From an uncultured Bacteroidaceae bacterium (lineage in GTDB: Bacteria > Bacteroidota > Bacteroidia > Bacteroidales > GCA-2748055): a DNA stretch of 64,000 nt. The stretch covers positions 17,353-81,352 of the forward strand of contig CAZGTU010000007.1 in NCBI GenBank assembly GCA_964528675.1. The letters are read 5' to 3'. This document shows positions 9,525-19,174 of the stretch, in pieces. Position numbers and translations under genes: made by a program. Within the stretch, counting starts at the first letter, position 1. Each line of letters opens with the position of its first letter. The notes below the pieces were generated by a model, which did no database searches, was not told the DNA's origin, and saw nothing but the letters and a program-made list of their open reading frames with translations.

Positions 9525-9923
9525 ATCCATCTCACTCATTCTTTCTGCCAGCATATCTACAAACTGCTTCAGAGGCTTTTTTACCATGGTCATCATCATC
9601 ATGTTGATTTGAGGATCGATGGTGATTTTTATTCGTGTGTCATTTTCATCCAGTTCTTTTAATTGCACCCACATCAGGAAACTGATGGGTGTTTGCCCTT
9701 CCGAAGTAATTTTAACAAGGTTGTTGGGTTCCTTTTCAATAATCCTTAGTGCAGCGCTACCTATACTTTCAATAGTGAAAGAACAAGAATCTTCATCTGC
9801 TTGCCAGTTTTTCACTTTATCCGGTGGAATAATTTTCTCAAAATTATTAAAGTCACTTACAAAAGAGAAGAGTTTCTCACTGCTGACTTCAGTCTTTGTT
9901 ACTTTGCTTTCAATTTTTGCCAT
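9519..9923 (-). CDS. SRPBCC-fold (START/Bet v1-like) family protein, function unknown
   Basis: 134 aa soluble protein 4 nt downstream of pyrE on the same strand. The fold call is from remembered similarity only. Confidence 0.35.
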   Translation of the reverse strand: MAKIESKVTKTEVSSEKLFSFVSDFNNFEKIIPPDKVKNWQADEDSCSFTIESIGSAALRIIEKEPNNLVKITSEGQTPISFLMWVQLKELDENDTRIKITIDPQINMMMMTMVKKPLKQFVDMLAERMSEMDL

Positions 9924-9927
9924 ATTT

Positions 9928-10557
9928 TTATTTTCCCCAATTTTCCGGATCCATTCGCCAATCTTTCAATACTTCAAGATGAGAACTGTCAATAGATCCT
10001 TCCTCAAGAGCCGTATCCAGAAGGCTCTCGTAATTACTTAGTGTAAATAATTTACATTTATTTTCTTCAAAATTTTTCTTTGCCGTATTAAAACCATAGG
10101 TGAATATTGCGACCATTCCCAGTACTTCTGCACCGGCATTTCTGAGTGCCTCAACGGCTTTCAAACTGCTACCTCCTGTTGAGACAAGGTCTTCTACCAC
10201 AACCACTTTTTGACCGGGCTCTAAAACTCCTTCAATGAGATTTTCCAGTCCGTGCGATTTTGCCGAAGAACGGATATAAACCATGGGCAACTCCAGCCTG
10301 TCGGCAACCAAGGCAGCCTGGGCGATGCCTCCTGTGGCAACACCTGCAATTAAGTCTGGAATGCCATATTCTCTCTCAATGAGTTTTACAAACTCATCAC
10401 GAATGATATTTCTCGTTGCCGGGAAGGAAAGAGTTTTTCTGTTATCACAGTAAATAGGCGATTTCCATCCGGAAGCCCAGGTAAACGGGTTTGTAGGTTC
10501 TAATTTTATTGCTTTACTTTGCAACAATAGCCGGGCAACCTCAAATTTTGTTTTCAT
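9928..10557 (-). CDS. pyrE: orotate phosphoribosyltransferase
   Basis: PRPP-binding motif VVVVEDLVSTGGSS. The ATG at 10557 (MKTKFEV) is preferred over the TTG at 10566. Confidence 0.9.
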   Translation of the reverse strand: MKTKFEVARLLLQSKAIKLEPTNPFTWASGWKSPIYCDNRKTLSFPATRNIIRDEFVKLIEREYGIPDLIAGVATGGIAQAALVADRLELPMVYIRSSAKSHGLENLIEGVLEPGQKVVVVEDLVSTGGSSLKAVEALRNAGAEVLGMVAIFTYGFNTAKKNFEENKCKLFTLSNYESLLDTALEEGSIDSSHLEVLKDWRMDPENWGK

Positions 10558-10566
10558 ACTGGGCAA

Positions 10567-11184
10567 ATGTATAAAGTTTTTTTTAACGACCGAACAGTTT
10601 TTTTTACAGATGATTTCCAGGAATGTCTCAAACGCAATTCCGGGTTATTCTATAAGTTTGGGAATAATGAAGCATTCAGGGAGCTAATGGATGCTTTCTA
10701 TGATCTAAAAGAAGTTGCGGAATTTTACCTGTTCCACCAGCATCTTGATGTATTATGGAAAGAATTTACTTCATCCTTTCGTTTAATCGAAGCAGCAGGT
10801 GGAGTCGTAAAAAATCAGGATGACAAAGTGCTTGTTATGAAACGCCGGGGAAGATGGGATCTTCCAAAAGGTAAGGTTGATGAAGGGGAGAGTTTTGAAC
10901 AAACTGCTCTAAGGGAAGTGAAAGAAGAATGTGGAATTAAAGATCTTACTAACGGGAAAAAAATTACGGAAACCTATCATACCTATAAAATTGGTGATGA
11001 AAAGGTGTTGAAAAGAACTACCTGGTTCGAAATGCAATATCATGGTGATGATGCAGCTACACCAGAGGCTGAAGAAGATATTACTGAAATTAAGTGGCTG
11101 AAACCTTCGGAAATGGAGTTTGTTTATGAAAACACCTATGCTTCAATAATAGATGTGCTGATTGAGGCTGGATTAAAGCACTAA
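10567..11184 (+). CDS. NUDIX hydrolase with about 70-aa N-terminal extension
   Basis: Nudix box GKVDEGESFEQTALREVKEECGI. ATG at 10567. Confidence 0.8.
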   Translation: MYKVFFNDRTVFFTDDFQECLKRNSGLFYKFGNNEAFRELMDAFYDLKEVAEFYLFHQHLDVLWKEFTSSFRLIEAAGGVVKNQDDKVLVMKRRGRWDLPKGKVDEGESFEQTALREVKEECGIKDLTNGKKITETYHTYKIGDEKVLKRTTWFEMQYHGDDAATPEAEEDITEIKWLKPSEMEFVYENTYASIIDVLIEAGLKH

Positions 11185-12590
11185 ATCTCTCCTTTCGATC
11201 GAAGTATCCGGAATAAAATATACTCAAAATTTTCCGATGGAGCCGGAGCGGGGTTCCTTAGCATGTTACCATCTTTGTCTATCAGGAAAAACATCGGGAC
11301 AGCCCTAACATCAAATAATTCTGCAAGTTCTTGATTTTCATCCCACCAAATAATGTCCCAGTTATCATTTGTTTGTTTTGATAGCTCTTTTAATTCCTGG
11401 TCTGAAGCAGATTTAAGAACAGTGATAATCCGGATATACTCCCCATGTTTTTTAGCCAGGTATTTCAGGTATTCCATTTCCTGGAGGCATTGCATACTTT
11501 GAAGATCACAAAATCCAAGATAAATGAGTTTGTTATATTTTCCGTTAAGGATTATACTATTTCCGTTTACTCCTTGTGCTGAAAATACAGGTGCTGGAAA
11601 ACCTGCTCTGAGATGGGTAAACATTTCTTTCAATTCCCCTGAAGTTAACTTTACAATATCTATTTCTGTATTCCTGTGGATGCTGTCGGTAAAGGAAATC
11701 AGCCGATTCTTATCTATTTTATCCGAGTAAAAAGCATTGTAACACTCTTTTAAAAGCACCAGTTCGAGGATAGTGTCATTTTTGAGCAGTGGATCTTTTT
11801 GCAAATAATTTTTGAGATAATCTACTGATAAACGCGTAAACTCCGAATATATACGGTCAAATTGCTCTTTTCTTCTCAGGTGATCAAAATAACTTCCCAG
11901 TACGAGAGAGAAAAGTGTACGGTAAGGCGGGATTTCAAAATGTAATGGTTCTCCGGTAAGATATTTCCTGATCAGGCTGTCAAGGTTTTGTTGCTTTAAA
12001 TGATAGAAGAGAATGGCCTTCTTATAACGTTTGTATTTACTATAATAGTCATTAGCATATGTGCCATTGTCTTTATAGTTAGCTTCCAGGAATGAATCAA
12101 GACGGGCACGTGCATATTCAGGTTGAAAATACCTTAGTGTCTGTTTGGAAAGAAAAGGTTCGTATTCTTTATTAAAATACCGGATTGAATCATTCAAATC
12201 AAAGGCGTTTATGACTTTTTTCTTATATTTTGTTTTTGCATGGAGGGGGAGAAGTGTGAAATAATCATCTTCCTGCCATTGATCATCAATTTCTGTGATA
12301 TCGGGTAGAAAAACTTTATACTCCAGGAACGGTTCGGCAAAAAAATGACATCGAAAAGGGCCGTAATCGAAATAAAAACATGCTGTTTTATCCTTTTCGT
12401 GAAGGAAAATGAAATGATCCTCAGTAATATCAACAGTGTCAACATAAACAGGGATGTCAAAATAAGGTTCCCTGAACTCATAAATGTTAGCTATTGAATC
12501 CTCCTCTTTTTCAGTAAATTGAGCAATAGCGGGATGACTGAAAACGGCAATGACTAAAAAGAGGTATGTAAGTTTAATATTTTCAGGCAT
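11181..12590 (-). CDS. secreted protein with C-terminal thioredoxin-like (TlpA/redoxin) fold and degenerate active site
   Basis: Signal peptide present. The C-terminal region (LIYLGFCDLQSMQCLQEMEYLKYLAKK...RAVPMFFLIDKDGN) resembles TlpA-type redoxins, but C-x6-C replaces CxxC. Confidence 0.45.
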   Translation of the reverse strand: MPENIKLTYLFLVIAVFSHPAIAQFTEKEEDSIANIYEFREPYFDIPVYVDTVDITEDHFIFLHEKDKTACFYFDYGPFRCHFFAEPFLEYKVFLPDITEIDDQWQEDDYFTLLPLHAKTKYKKKVINAFDLNDSIRYFNKEYEPFLSKQTLRYFQPEYARARLDSFLEANYKDNGTYANDYYSKYKRYKKAILFYHLKQQNLDSLIRKYLTGEPLHFEIPPYRTLFSLVLGSYFDHLRRKEQFDRIYSEFTRLSVDYLKNYLQKDPLLKNDTILELVLLKECYNAFYSDKIDKNRLISFTDSIHRNTEIDIVKLTSGELKEMFTHLRAGFPAPVFSAQGVNGNSIILNGKYNKLIYLGFCDLQSMQCLQEMEYLKYLAKKHGEYIRIITVLKSASDQELKELSKQTNDNWDIIWWDENQELAELFDVRAVPMFFLIDKDGNMLRNPAPAPSENFEYILFRILRSKGEI

Positions 12591-13062
12591 TTGTGGTGTA
12601 TTTGCTTATATCAACACCTGAAGGAAGAAAACTGCTGGCATCTCCTCCGTGTATAAGAATGTCTCTAACGATAGTGGAATTAACAGGAGTATATTCCGGT
12701 GCCGTGAGGAGAAAAACAGTTTCAATTTCAGGTTTCATGGCCTTATTGATCTGACCAATGGCTCTTTCATATTCAAAATCGGCTGCTGTTCTTAAACCCC
12801 TCAAAATATAACGTGCATTCATTTTATTGCAAAAGTCAACAGTCATGCCATTATAATGATGAACTTCAATTTTTTGATTTCCGTCAAATACATCACGGAT
12901 AAGCCTTAAGCGGTTCTCAAGACTGAGATAGGTTTTTTTTCCAGTGTTGTGTCCGATTGCTACAATTATCCTGTCAAATAGTGGAAGGGCCCTGTGTACG
13001 ATGGACTGGTGACCTATCGTGAAGGGATCAAATGAACCGGGGAAAAGTGCAATTTTTTCCAT
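12583..13062 (-). CDS. coaD: phosphopantetheine adenylyltransferase
   Basis: 159 aa with the FPGSFDPFTIGHQSIV (HxGH class) motif. Its stop overlaps the downstream start by 8 nt. Confidence 0.9.
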   Translation of the reverse strand: MEKIALFPGSFDPFTIGHQSIVHRALPLFDRIIVAIGHNTGKKTYLSLENRLRLIRDVFDGNQKIEVHHYNGMTVDFCNKMNARYILRGLRTAADFEYERAIGQINKAMKPEIETVFLLTAPEYTPVNSTIVRDILIHGGDASSFLPSGVDISKYTTNA

Positions 13063-13125
13063 TACATAGTTACTTTTCGGTCAAAGATAAGAGATAATAA
13101 GAAGAACGCAGAGGAATTATCATTA

Positions 13126-15357
13126 CTATTCTTCTTCTGTAAGATTTTTTTCTTTATTGGAGCTTACAAAAACTGTGTTGCTCAAGTCTTCATATCCTTT
13201 AAATATCTTGGCTCCATCTGTGCGAATTCGTTCATAACGAAAGCCTACAATGATCAGATCGGCATCTACAGACTTTTCTGCAATGATCTGTTCTTTCGAC
13301 TGGGTTTCTTCCATCGGAATAAGGTTGATATTGTTGGCAGAAATAGGAATTCTTCCTGATCTGATCAGATCCATGAGATCTTTTCTTTTTCTTTCAATGT
13401 CCTGCGATTGATATAGGGCATTGATTTTAATGAAGCCTTTCTTCCAGTCGGGATGACCCAGAATAATATAGCCCAGGAGGATCATAAGATTGGCATTGTC
13501 GTAATCGGCAGATGTAATCCAGATATGGATCTGTTTTTTATCTGCAAATCCTTTGTATGAAGTATGTAATACACAAATGTCAAATCCTGTTGACTGTAAT
13601 AGGTTATGGGTTTTCAAGGCATCATTGATGCTGTCGGGCTGGGCACTTGAAAATTCGAAAAGGATCATATTATTACCTTTTCCTGAAATGCCGGAAAGTT
13701 GAATTACCTGTGCAATTGCCGAGGTGTATGAAGGACTTATAATGGTGTCAAGGTAAAGCCGGCTTTTTGAACTGGATGAAAGATTAATCAGCCTGTTGAG
13801 TACCTCTTTTGATTTGCGGTTGGTTTTTTCTGAAAGCACTCCTTTAATGAAATGGATGTAAGTGCCAAAGCCATATTTGAAAGATATCCAGCGGAGCAGA
13901 TCAAAAGCAGATCTTCGTACAAAAGTGTCCTGGGTAACGCATATGGCGAAAGGTCTCCAGTATCTGTCCAGATCCTCCTTATCGGCTTGCTGTGCAAAAA
14001 CCTGTAATTGTCGGCTCAGTTGGAATACGACGCCCCTGAATAGTTTCTCCAGTCCTCTTTTTTCACGACGGTAAGCCGTTACCATAAAATATATTGCTGT
14101 CATAATCACCAGGGAAAGTATGGCATAGGGCATATTCATTTTAAACATCAGCCAGATGGATAAAACTCCTCCTACCAGGGAAAGATACCATCTGGATTTA
14201 AAGGTGGGGCGATAGGATGGGTCTGCTGCAAAATGCTCCAGCAGAGATATGAGACATACAGCACCATAAGTGACCATGAAAAACATGGATATGATCTGGG
14301 CCACGAAGTTGATATCTCCTATTATTATAAAGAAGAAGCCAATGACAATAGTAATTATTGAGGAATTGGCCGGCTCGTTTGATACCGGTTTCCCTTTAGC
14401 AAGCCAGTTATTTATAAATCTTGTTGGGAAGATCTGATCCAATCCGATTGCCTGTAGGGTGCGGGGAGCTACCATTACTGATCCCAGTGCCGAGGAAATC
14501 GAAGCTGCTGCAAGTCCGATCGGGACAATAGGCCCCCATATTGCGATTCGTTGCATGATCAGTTGATCGTTGGCAAGATTTTCCGGGCTGGCCGAAATGG
14601 CTAGTTTATAAGCTACAATGATGTAAACGAAAAATCCTATAGCAGTTGCCCATAAAGTACCTTTCGGTATTGATTTCGAGGGGTCTCTGAGGTCTCCGGA
14701 AAGACCCAGCCCTGCAGCCAGTCCTGTAAATGCCGGAAAGATAATGGTGAAGACATAAAAAAAATCATCGGGATTTTCGATTTTTTCCATCGGGTTGAAT
14801 GCAAGATCAGGTGATACCGGTTTGCCCAGCAGAAAAAAGATAATGGCTGTAAACAAGATGATAACCACAACATACAGGGCTTTCATGCCCAAGTTAGCTC
14901 CACGGGTAACAATAAGTAAGGATATGATTAACATGGTAGGGATACTTATCCAGCGCTTGTCAATAAGTGGGAAATTGAAAGCCTCATTTGCCCAGCGAAT
15001 TAAAGGATCGGAAGCTTCGGCAAAAGCTATAATGTAAAAAGAAACAGATATAGCCTGGGACGCAAATAGGGCTATGCCAATGGCAGCTCCGATATTAAGA
15101 CCGAAGGAGCGTGATATTATGAAATATGCCCCGCCACCCTGCACCCTCTGGTTGGTTGCAATCTCTGCCACAGCCATGGCAGCAGGAAAAGTTACCGCGT
15201 GCCCGAGAATTATGATCAGCAGGGCTCCGAGAAATCCCTGATGACCTACGGCGTATCCAAATCGCAGAAATAATATGGCACCCAGAATGGTTGATACCGT
15301 AGTCATAAAGACAGGCATGGTGCCAAAATTGGCCTTCTGATTAATGAGTCTTGACAT
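13126..15357 (-). CDS. APC-superfamily permease with long cytoplasmic C-terminal domain (SLC12/cation-chloride cotransporter-like)
   Basis: 743 aa. About 12 TM helices in the first 450 aa or so, then a soluble domain of about 290 aa. Substrate not inferable. Confidence 0.65.
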   Translation of the reverse strand: MSRLINQKANFGTMPVFMTTVSTILGAILFLRFGYAVGHQGFLGALLIIILGHAVTFPAAMAVAEIATNQRVQGGGAYFIISRSFGLNIGAAIGIALFASQAISVSFYIIAFAEASDPLIRWANEAFNFPLIDKRWISIPTMLIISLLIVTRGANLGMKALYVVVIILFTAIIFFLLGKPVSPDLAFNPMEKIENPDDFFYVFTIIFPAFTGLAAGLGLSGDLRDPSKSIPKGTLWATAIGFFVYIIVAYKLAISASPENLANDQLIMQRIAIWGPIVPIGLAAASISSALGSVMVAPRTLQAIGLDQIFPTRFINNWLAKGKPVSNEPANSSIITIVIGFFFIIIGDINFVAQIISMFFMVTYGAVCLISLLEHFAADPSYRPTFKSRWYLSLVGGVLSIWLMFKMNMPYAILSLVIMTAIYFMVTAYRREKRGLEKLFRGVVFQLSRQLQVFAQQADKEDLDRYWRPFAICVTQDTFVRRSAFDLLRWISFKYGFGTYIHFIKGVLSEKTNRKSKEVLNRLINLSSSSKSRLYLDTIISPSYTSAIAQVIQLSGISGKGNNMILFEFSSAQPDSINDALKTHNLLQSTGFDICVLHTSYKGFADKKQIHIWITSADYDNANLMILLGYIILGHPDWKKGFIKINALYQSQDIERKRKDLMDLIRSGRIPISANNINLIPMEETQSKEQIIAEKSVDADLIIVGFRYERIRTDGAKIFKGYEDLSNTVFVSSNKEKNLTEEE

Positions 15358-15462
15358 ACTCTCTCCGGTTTAAGGGCCCGATAATACAAAAAAATCCCAA
15401 TATTAGCATGGCTTAAAAAGGGAAAGGGTGATTAATAAATCCTTAATGAATAGGATGAAATT

Positions 15463-15996
15463 CTAGTATTCTCTGACTTCTACTCCTCCAAATACTACAT
15501 CAATTTTCAGGTCGAGATAGGGTTTGTTTAAGTCAAGCCCGGGGCTTTCATAACTGGTATTCCCGAAGACAGCCGTGTTTCCGTTTGGTAGTTCAGCCCC
15601 GGCAAAGGCTGCATCTACCCTGATCCTTACGGGAATGTCACTGGAAAGTTTAATTTCAGCACCTCCAAATATTGTGCTGAGCTTCACTTTTTTCACACCC
15701 CCTTCAAGATCAACATTCCGGAAATCATAAATACCACTTCCGAAAATTACATTATATTCTTTTTTATGCTCAAAATGGTCATATCGTTTTTCCCCGAAAA
15801 TTACATCATGCTCTCCGCCTTTGATGGAGACGACTCCAAAGCTCCCGAAAAGCAGACGGAGCCCCAGGAAAATCAGGATAAATGCAAGAATGAATTTAAA
15901 CAGGGGAAAATCGATATTGAAAACAATGCGGAAGACCAGGCTTAAGCCAATAAAAATCAGCAGAAGCCCCCAAAATAGTGCTGGACCCATTTTCAT
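15463..15996 (-). CDS. LiaF-like membrane protein (two N-terminal TM helices plus beta-rich C-terminal domain)
   Basis: 177 aa with an N-terminal hydrophobic pair and C-terminal repeats of the FGG.E pattern (IFGGAEIKL, VVFGGVEVREY), as in cell-wall-stress LiaF/DUF2154 domains. Confidence 0.4.
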   Translation of the reverse strand: MKMGPALFWGLLLIFIGLSLVFRIVFNIDFPLFKFILAFILIFLGLRLLFGSFGVVSIKGGEHDVIFGEKRYDHFEHKKEYNVIFGSGIYDFRNVDLEGGVKKVKLSTIFGGAEIKLSSDIPVRIRVDAAFAGAELPNGNTAVFGNTSYESPGLDLNKPYLDLKIDVVFGGVEVREY

Positions 15997-16043
15997 ATTG
16001 TTTTAGGTTTTTAATTAGTCAAATTTAGAAAAAAATATGTAGG

Positions 16044-16249
16044 ATGTTATATTTATTCGAATCAATAACAATCCCAGAATATATCCGTGGCGTAAATCAT
16101 AAAAATTGGAAAGCATTTGATCGTAAATTATGGCAAAGGAATTATTGGGAACACATCATCCCTGATGAAAAATCACATCAAACCATATCCAAAACTACAT
16201 TGACAATAATCCTTCAAAATGGAATAGCGATTCTTTGAAATCCGGGTAA
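16044..16249 (+). pseudogene. remnant of a Y1 (IS200/IS605-like, REP-associated tyrosine transposase type) transposase: C-terminal third only, frameshifted
   Basis: Frame 1 gives ...TIPEYIRGVNHKNWKAFDRKLWQRNYWEHIIPDEKSH, the conserved WQRNYYEHIIR-type C-terminal block. The expected continuation IQNYIDNNPSKWNSDSLKSG* is in another frame, with the shift near the A5 run at 16168-16172. No N-terminal HUH region exists upstream. Confidence 0.6.
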
Positions 16250-16339
16250 TTTCCAATTTATTTAAATAGCCATAATCCAAAAAAAATGTTAAAAAAATCA
16301 GCACTGTTAATTTTTGAAATATATTTGCCCCAAATTCAT

Positions 16340-16347
16340 TATTTTTG
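16340..16347 (+). promoter_or_regulatory. -7 box TATTTTTG upstream of the metal-handling gene trio
   Basis: tatttttg at 16340-16347, 7 nt before the ATG at 16354. The TTG at 16345 used by the ORF track is part of this box. Confidence 0.45.
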
Positions 16348-16353
16348 ACCAAT

Positions 16354-16842
16354 ATGCGTATAGCTCATAAAATATTATCATTGATAATCCTTCCTGTGAT
16401 GATTCTCTCATTTACAGGTGCGAGCTTACATGTGCATATTTGTTCTATTACAGGAGATGTATATTCAGATATTCATTTGATTAAACATCAAAACGAAAAA
16501 CATGATCCGGCTTGTTGCTTCGGTAATGATAAAGACAGTGAAGGAGAACAAAACTGTTGTTCCGGTGAGAATAGGGAACAGAACAATTACAGTGGTGTAG
16601 GCTGTTCTAAAAAACAAGGACCAGACCATGCTTGCTGTTTCGATTTCGAGAAAAAAATTGAAACCGATAATGATTATAAATACAGCCATTATAACTACAG
16701 ACTGATTCCGGCAGAAGTAATTTCATTTTTACCTGAATTATCGGATAATGAAGTTCTTCAATTTAGGGATAATGTATATTTTGACTCAAATTCTTTTGTC
16801 TCACCCCCCAACCTGCATTCCAGCGTAGTGCTTCTGCTTTGA
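16354..16842 (+). CDS. membrane-anchored Cys/His-rich protein (resembles the Bacteroidota family I recall as HYC_CC_PP; unverified)
   Basis: One N-terminal hydrophobic helix, then HVHIC, three CC pairs (PACCFG, NCCSGE, HACCFD) and a distal SPP motif. Sits directly upstream of a TonB-dependent receptor and an HMA protein. Confidence 0.5.
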   Translation: MRIAHKILSLIILPVMILSFTGASLHVHICSITGDVYSDIHLIKHQNEKHDPACCFGNDKDSEGEQNCCSGENREQNNYSGVGCSKKQGPDHACCFDFEKKIETDNDYKYSHYNYRLIPAEVISFLPELSDNEVLQFRDNVYFDSNSFVSPPNLHSSVVLLL

Positions 16843-16893
16843 TACCATCTTGATTTCTGATTTTTTCAATTTTTTAATTAAAAGGAAATTAAG

Positions 16894-19137
16894 ATGATTA
16901 AAAAAATAGTTTCATTTATAATTCTGTTTACCGTAATTATTACAGGTGCTTCTGCTCAGCATCACAATGATCATCAAGATCATATGTTACACGGGCAGGT
17001 ATTTTTCATTAATGAAGAAGGAGAAAAGGAAGTTCTTCCTTATGCAAATCTTTATTTTTTAAGTACAAACAAGGGGGTTATTTCCGATTCCACGGGGAGT
17101 TTTGTTATGCATAAACCTCATGTAGAGGAACCAGCCCTGGTGGTCAGTTTTGTCGGATACCAGACGGATACGGTCTTTATAGGTCATGACCAAAAACATA
17201 TTGAAATAGCGCTGGATAAGAACCTAAGCCTGGATGAAGTAAGGGTGGTGAAAAATCAGGCAACAAATATAGTTTCTAAAGTTGAGCTGATGCCCACCCA
17301 GATCATTACAGAGGCCGGACTTCAAAAACTGGCATGCTGTAATATCGGAGAATCATTTGAAAGTAACGCAACGATCGATGTTGGATTTACCGATGCTGTA
17401 AGTGGGGCGAAGAAAATTAAAATGCTTGGGCTGGACGGAAAGTACAGTCAGTTTATGTTCGAGAATATTCCTTTCATGAGGACGCTTGAAACAGGATTTG
17501 GTTTGAGTCATATTCCCGGCCCATTTATGGAATCCATCCAGGTTTCAAAAGGAACTTCATCGGTTCTGAATGGGTATGAATCGACAACCGGCCAGATTAA
17601 TGTGGAATATAAAAAGCCCGGAGATTCGGAGTTATTATATTTGAATTTGTTTGCGAATACAGAAGGCCGTTATGAAAGTAATATAAGCTCCGGATTGGTA
17701 ATTAACGATAAATGGAGTACAGGATTGTTCTTCCATGGTTCAATGCAAACTATGGCACTCGATCATAATTCGGATGGATTCTATGACAAGCCGCTCACAC
17801 GGCAGATGAATTTTCTGAACAGATGGGAATATTCACCCAACGATCTTTTGCATTTGCAGTTTGGTGTTGAATTACTCGATGAAACCCGGCTTGGAGGACA
17901 ACTTAACTATGAAGGCAGGGATAACAGTCCGGAGGATGTATACGGAATTGATATAGATATAAGTAAATTCCGTATGTACAGTAAGCTTGGGTTTGCTTTC
18001 CCGGGAAGTCACCATAATAGCCTGGGGTGGATCAATTCTTTCACATGGTTTGATCAAGAATCAATTTTTGGAAACCGTAATTACAACGGTGAAGTCAAAA
18101 GTTTTTACTCTAACCTGATCTTTCAGACCATTATCGGGAATACCAATCATAAGATCAGCAGTGGGGCGAGCTTCCAGTATGATGATTACAATGAATTATT
18201 CATTGATATAAACCAGGATCAAAGAGAGATCGTGCCAGGGGTGTTTTCTCAATATACCTGGTCAATTCCCGAAAAGAGTGTTTTCATGGCGGGGATGCGT
18301 GCAGATTATAATTTTCTGCACGGATTATTGTTAACCCCTCGTTTGCACTGGAAATACAATATAAACGAACATTATATTTTCCGTTCGACCCTTGGTAAAG
18401 CCTATCGTTCTGCAAATGTATTCAGCGAAAACCAGAGTCTTCTGGCCAGTTCCCGCACATTTTATATCAGCGATGAGTTTGATATCGAAAGTGCCTGGAA
18501 CTATGGTGCCAGTTTCACTCGCTATTTCCACATTTCAGATCAGAGAGAAGCATCACTAACCCTGGATTTCTATCGCACCCAATTTGAAAATCAGGTAGTG
18601 GTCGACCTGGATCACAATACCAGTGAAGTATATATTTTCAACCTGGATGGAAACTCACATTCCAATTCATTTCAGGTTGATTTAACCGGGGAATTTGTTC
18701 GCGGACTGGATCTGACCCTTGCCTATCGTTTTAACGATGTTAAGGTTGCTTACCTTGATGGTACACGTCAAAAACCATTTGTATATCGTCACAAGGGACT
18801 TTTCACAACCACCTACTCTACACCATATGATAAATGGAGTTTTGACCTTACCGCCCAATATAACGGACAATCAAGGATACCGTCGACGGAAATGAACCCT
18901 GAAGAGTATCAAAGAGAAGAACAATCTCCCGGATTTTTTGTCATACATTCCCAGATAACCCGCAGGTTCAAGAATTTTGATATTTACACCGGTGTGGAAA
19001 ATCTGACCGGTTTCAGGCAGAAAGATGCTATTATTTCGCCGGATAATCCTTTCGGTGAAAACTTTGATGCAAGCTTAATCTGGGGACCGCTTACCGGAAG
19101 AATGTTTTATGCCGGTTTGCGATTTAAAATCAAATAG
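16894..19137 (+). CDS. TonB-dependent receptor with N-terminal carboxypeptidase-regulatory-like domain and His cluster
   Basis: 747 aa. Signal peptide, QHHNDHQDHMLHG at the predicted mature N-terminus, CarboxypepD_reg-like segment, plug, and a barrel ending in the aromatic terminal strand MFYAGLRFKIK. Confidence 0.85.
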   Translation: MIKKIVSFIILFTVIITGASAQHHNDHQDHMLHGQVFFINEEGEKEVLPYANLYFLSTNKGVISDSTGSFVMHKPHVEEPALVVSFVGYQTDTVFIGHDQKHIEIALDKNLSLDEVRVVKNQATNIVSKVELMPTQIITEAGLQKLACCNIGESFESNATIDVGFTDAVSGAKKIKMLGLDGKYSQFMFENIPFMRTLETGFGLSHIPGPFMESIQVSKGTSSVLNGYESTTGQINVEYKKPGDSELLYLNLFANTEGRYESNISSGLVINDKWSTGLFFHGSMQTMALDHNSDGFYDKPLTRQMNFLNRWEYSPNDLLHLQFGVELLDETRLGGQLNYEGRDNSPEDVYGIDIDISKFRMYSKLGFAFPGSHHNSLGWINSFTWFDQESIFGNRNYNGEVKSFYSNLIFQTIIGNTNHKISSGASFQYDDYNELFIDINQDQREIVPGVFSQYTWSIPEKSVFMAGMRADYNFLHGLLLTPRLHWKYNINEHYIFRSTLGKAYRSANVFSENQSLLASSRTFYISDEFDIESAWNYGASFTRYFHISDQREASLTLDFYRTQFENQVVVDLDHNTSEVYIFNLDGNSHSNSFQVDLTGEFVRGLDLTLAYRFNDVKVAYLDGTRQKPFVYRHKGLFTTTYSTPYDKWSFDLTAQYNGQSRIPSTEMNPEEYQREEQSPGFFVIHSQITRRFKNFDIYTGVENLTGFRQKDAIISPDNPFGENFDASLIWGPLTGRMFYAGLRFKIK

Positions 19138-19174
19138 TGAATTAAGAGTTTTGAACAAATTAAATTGTAAAGTC

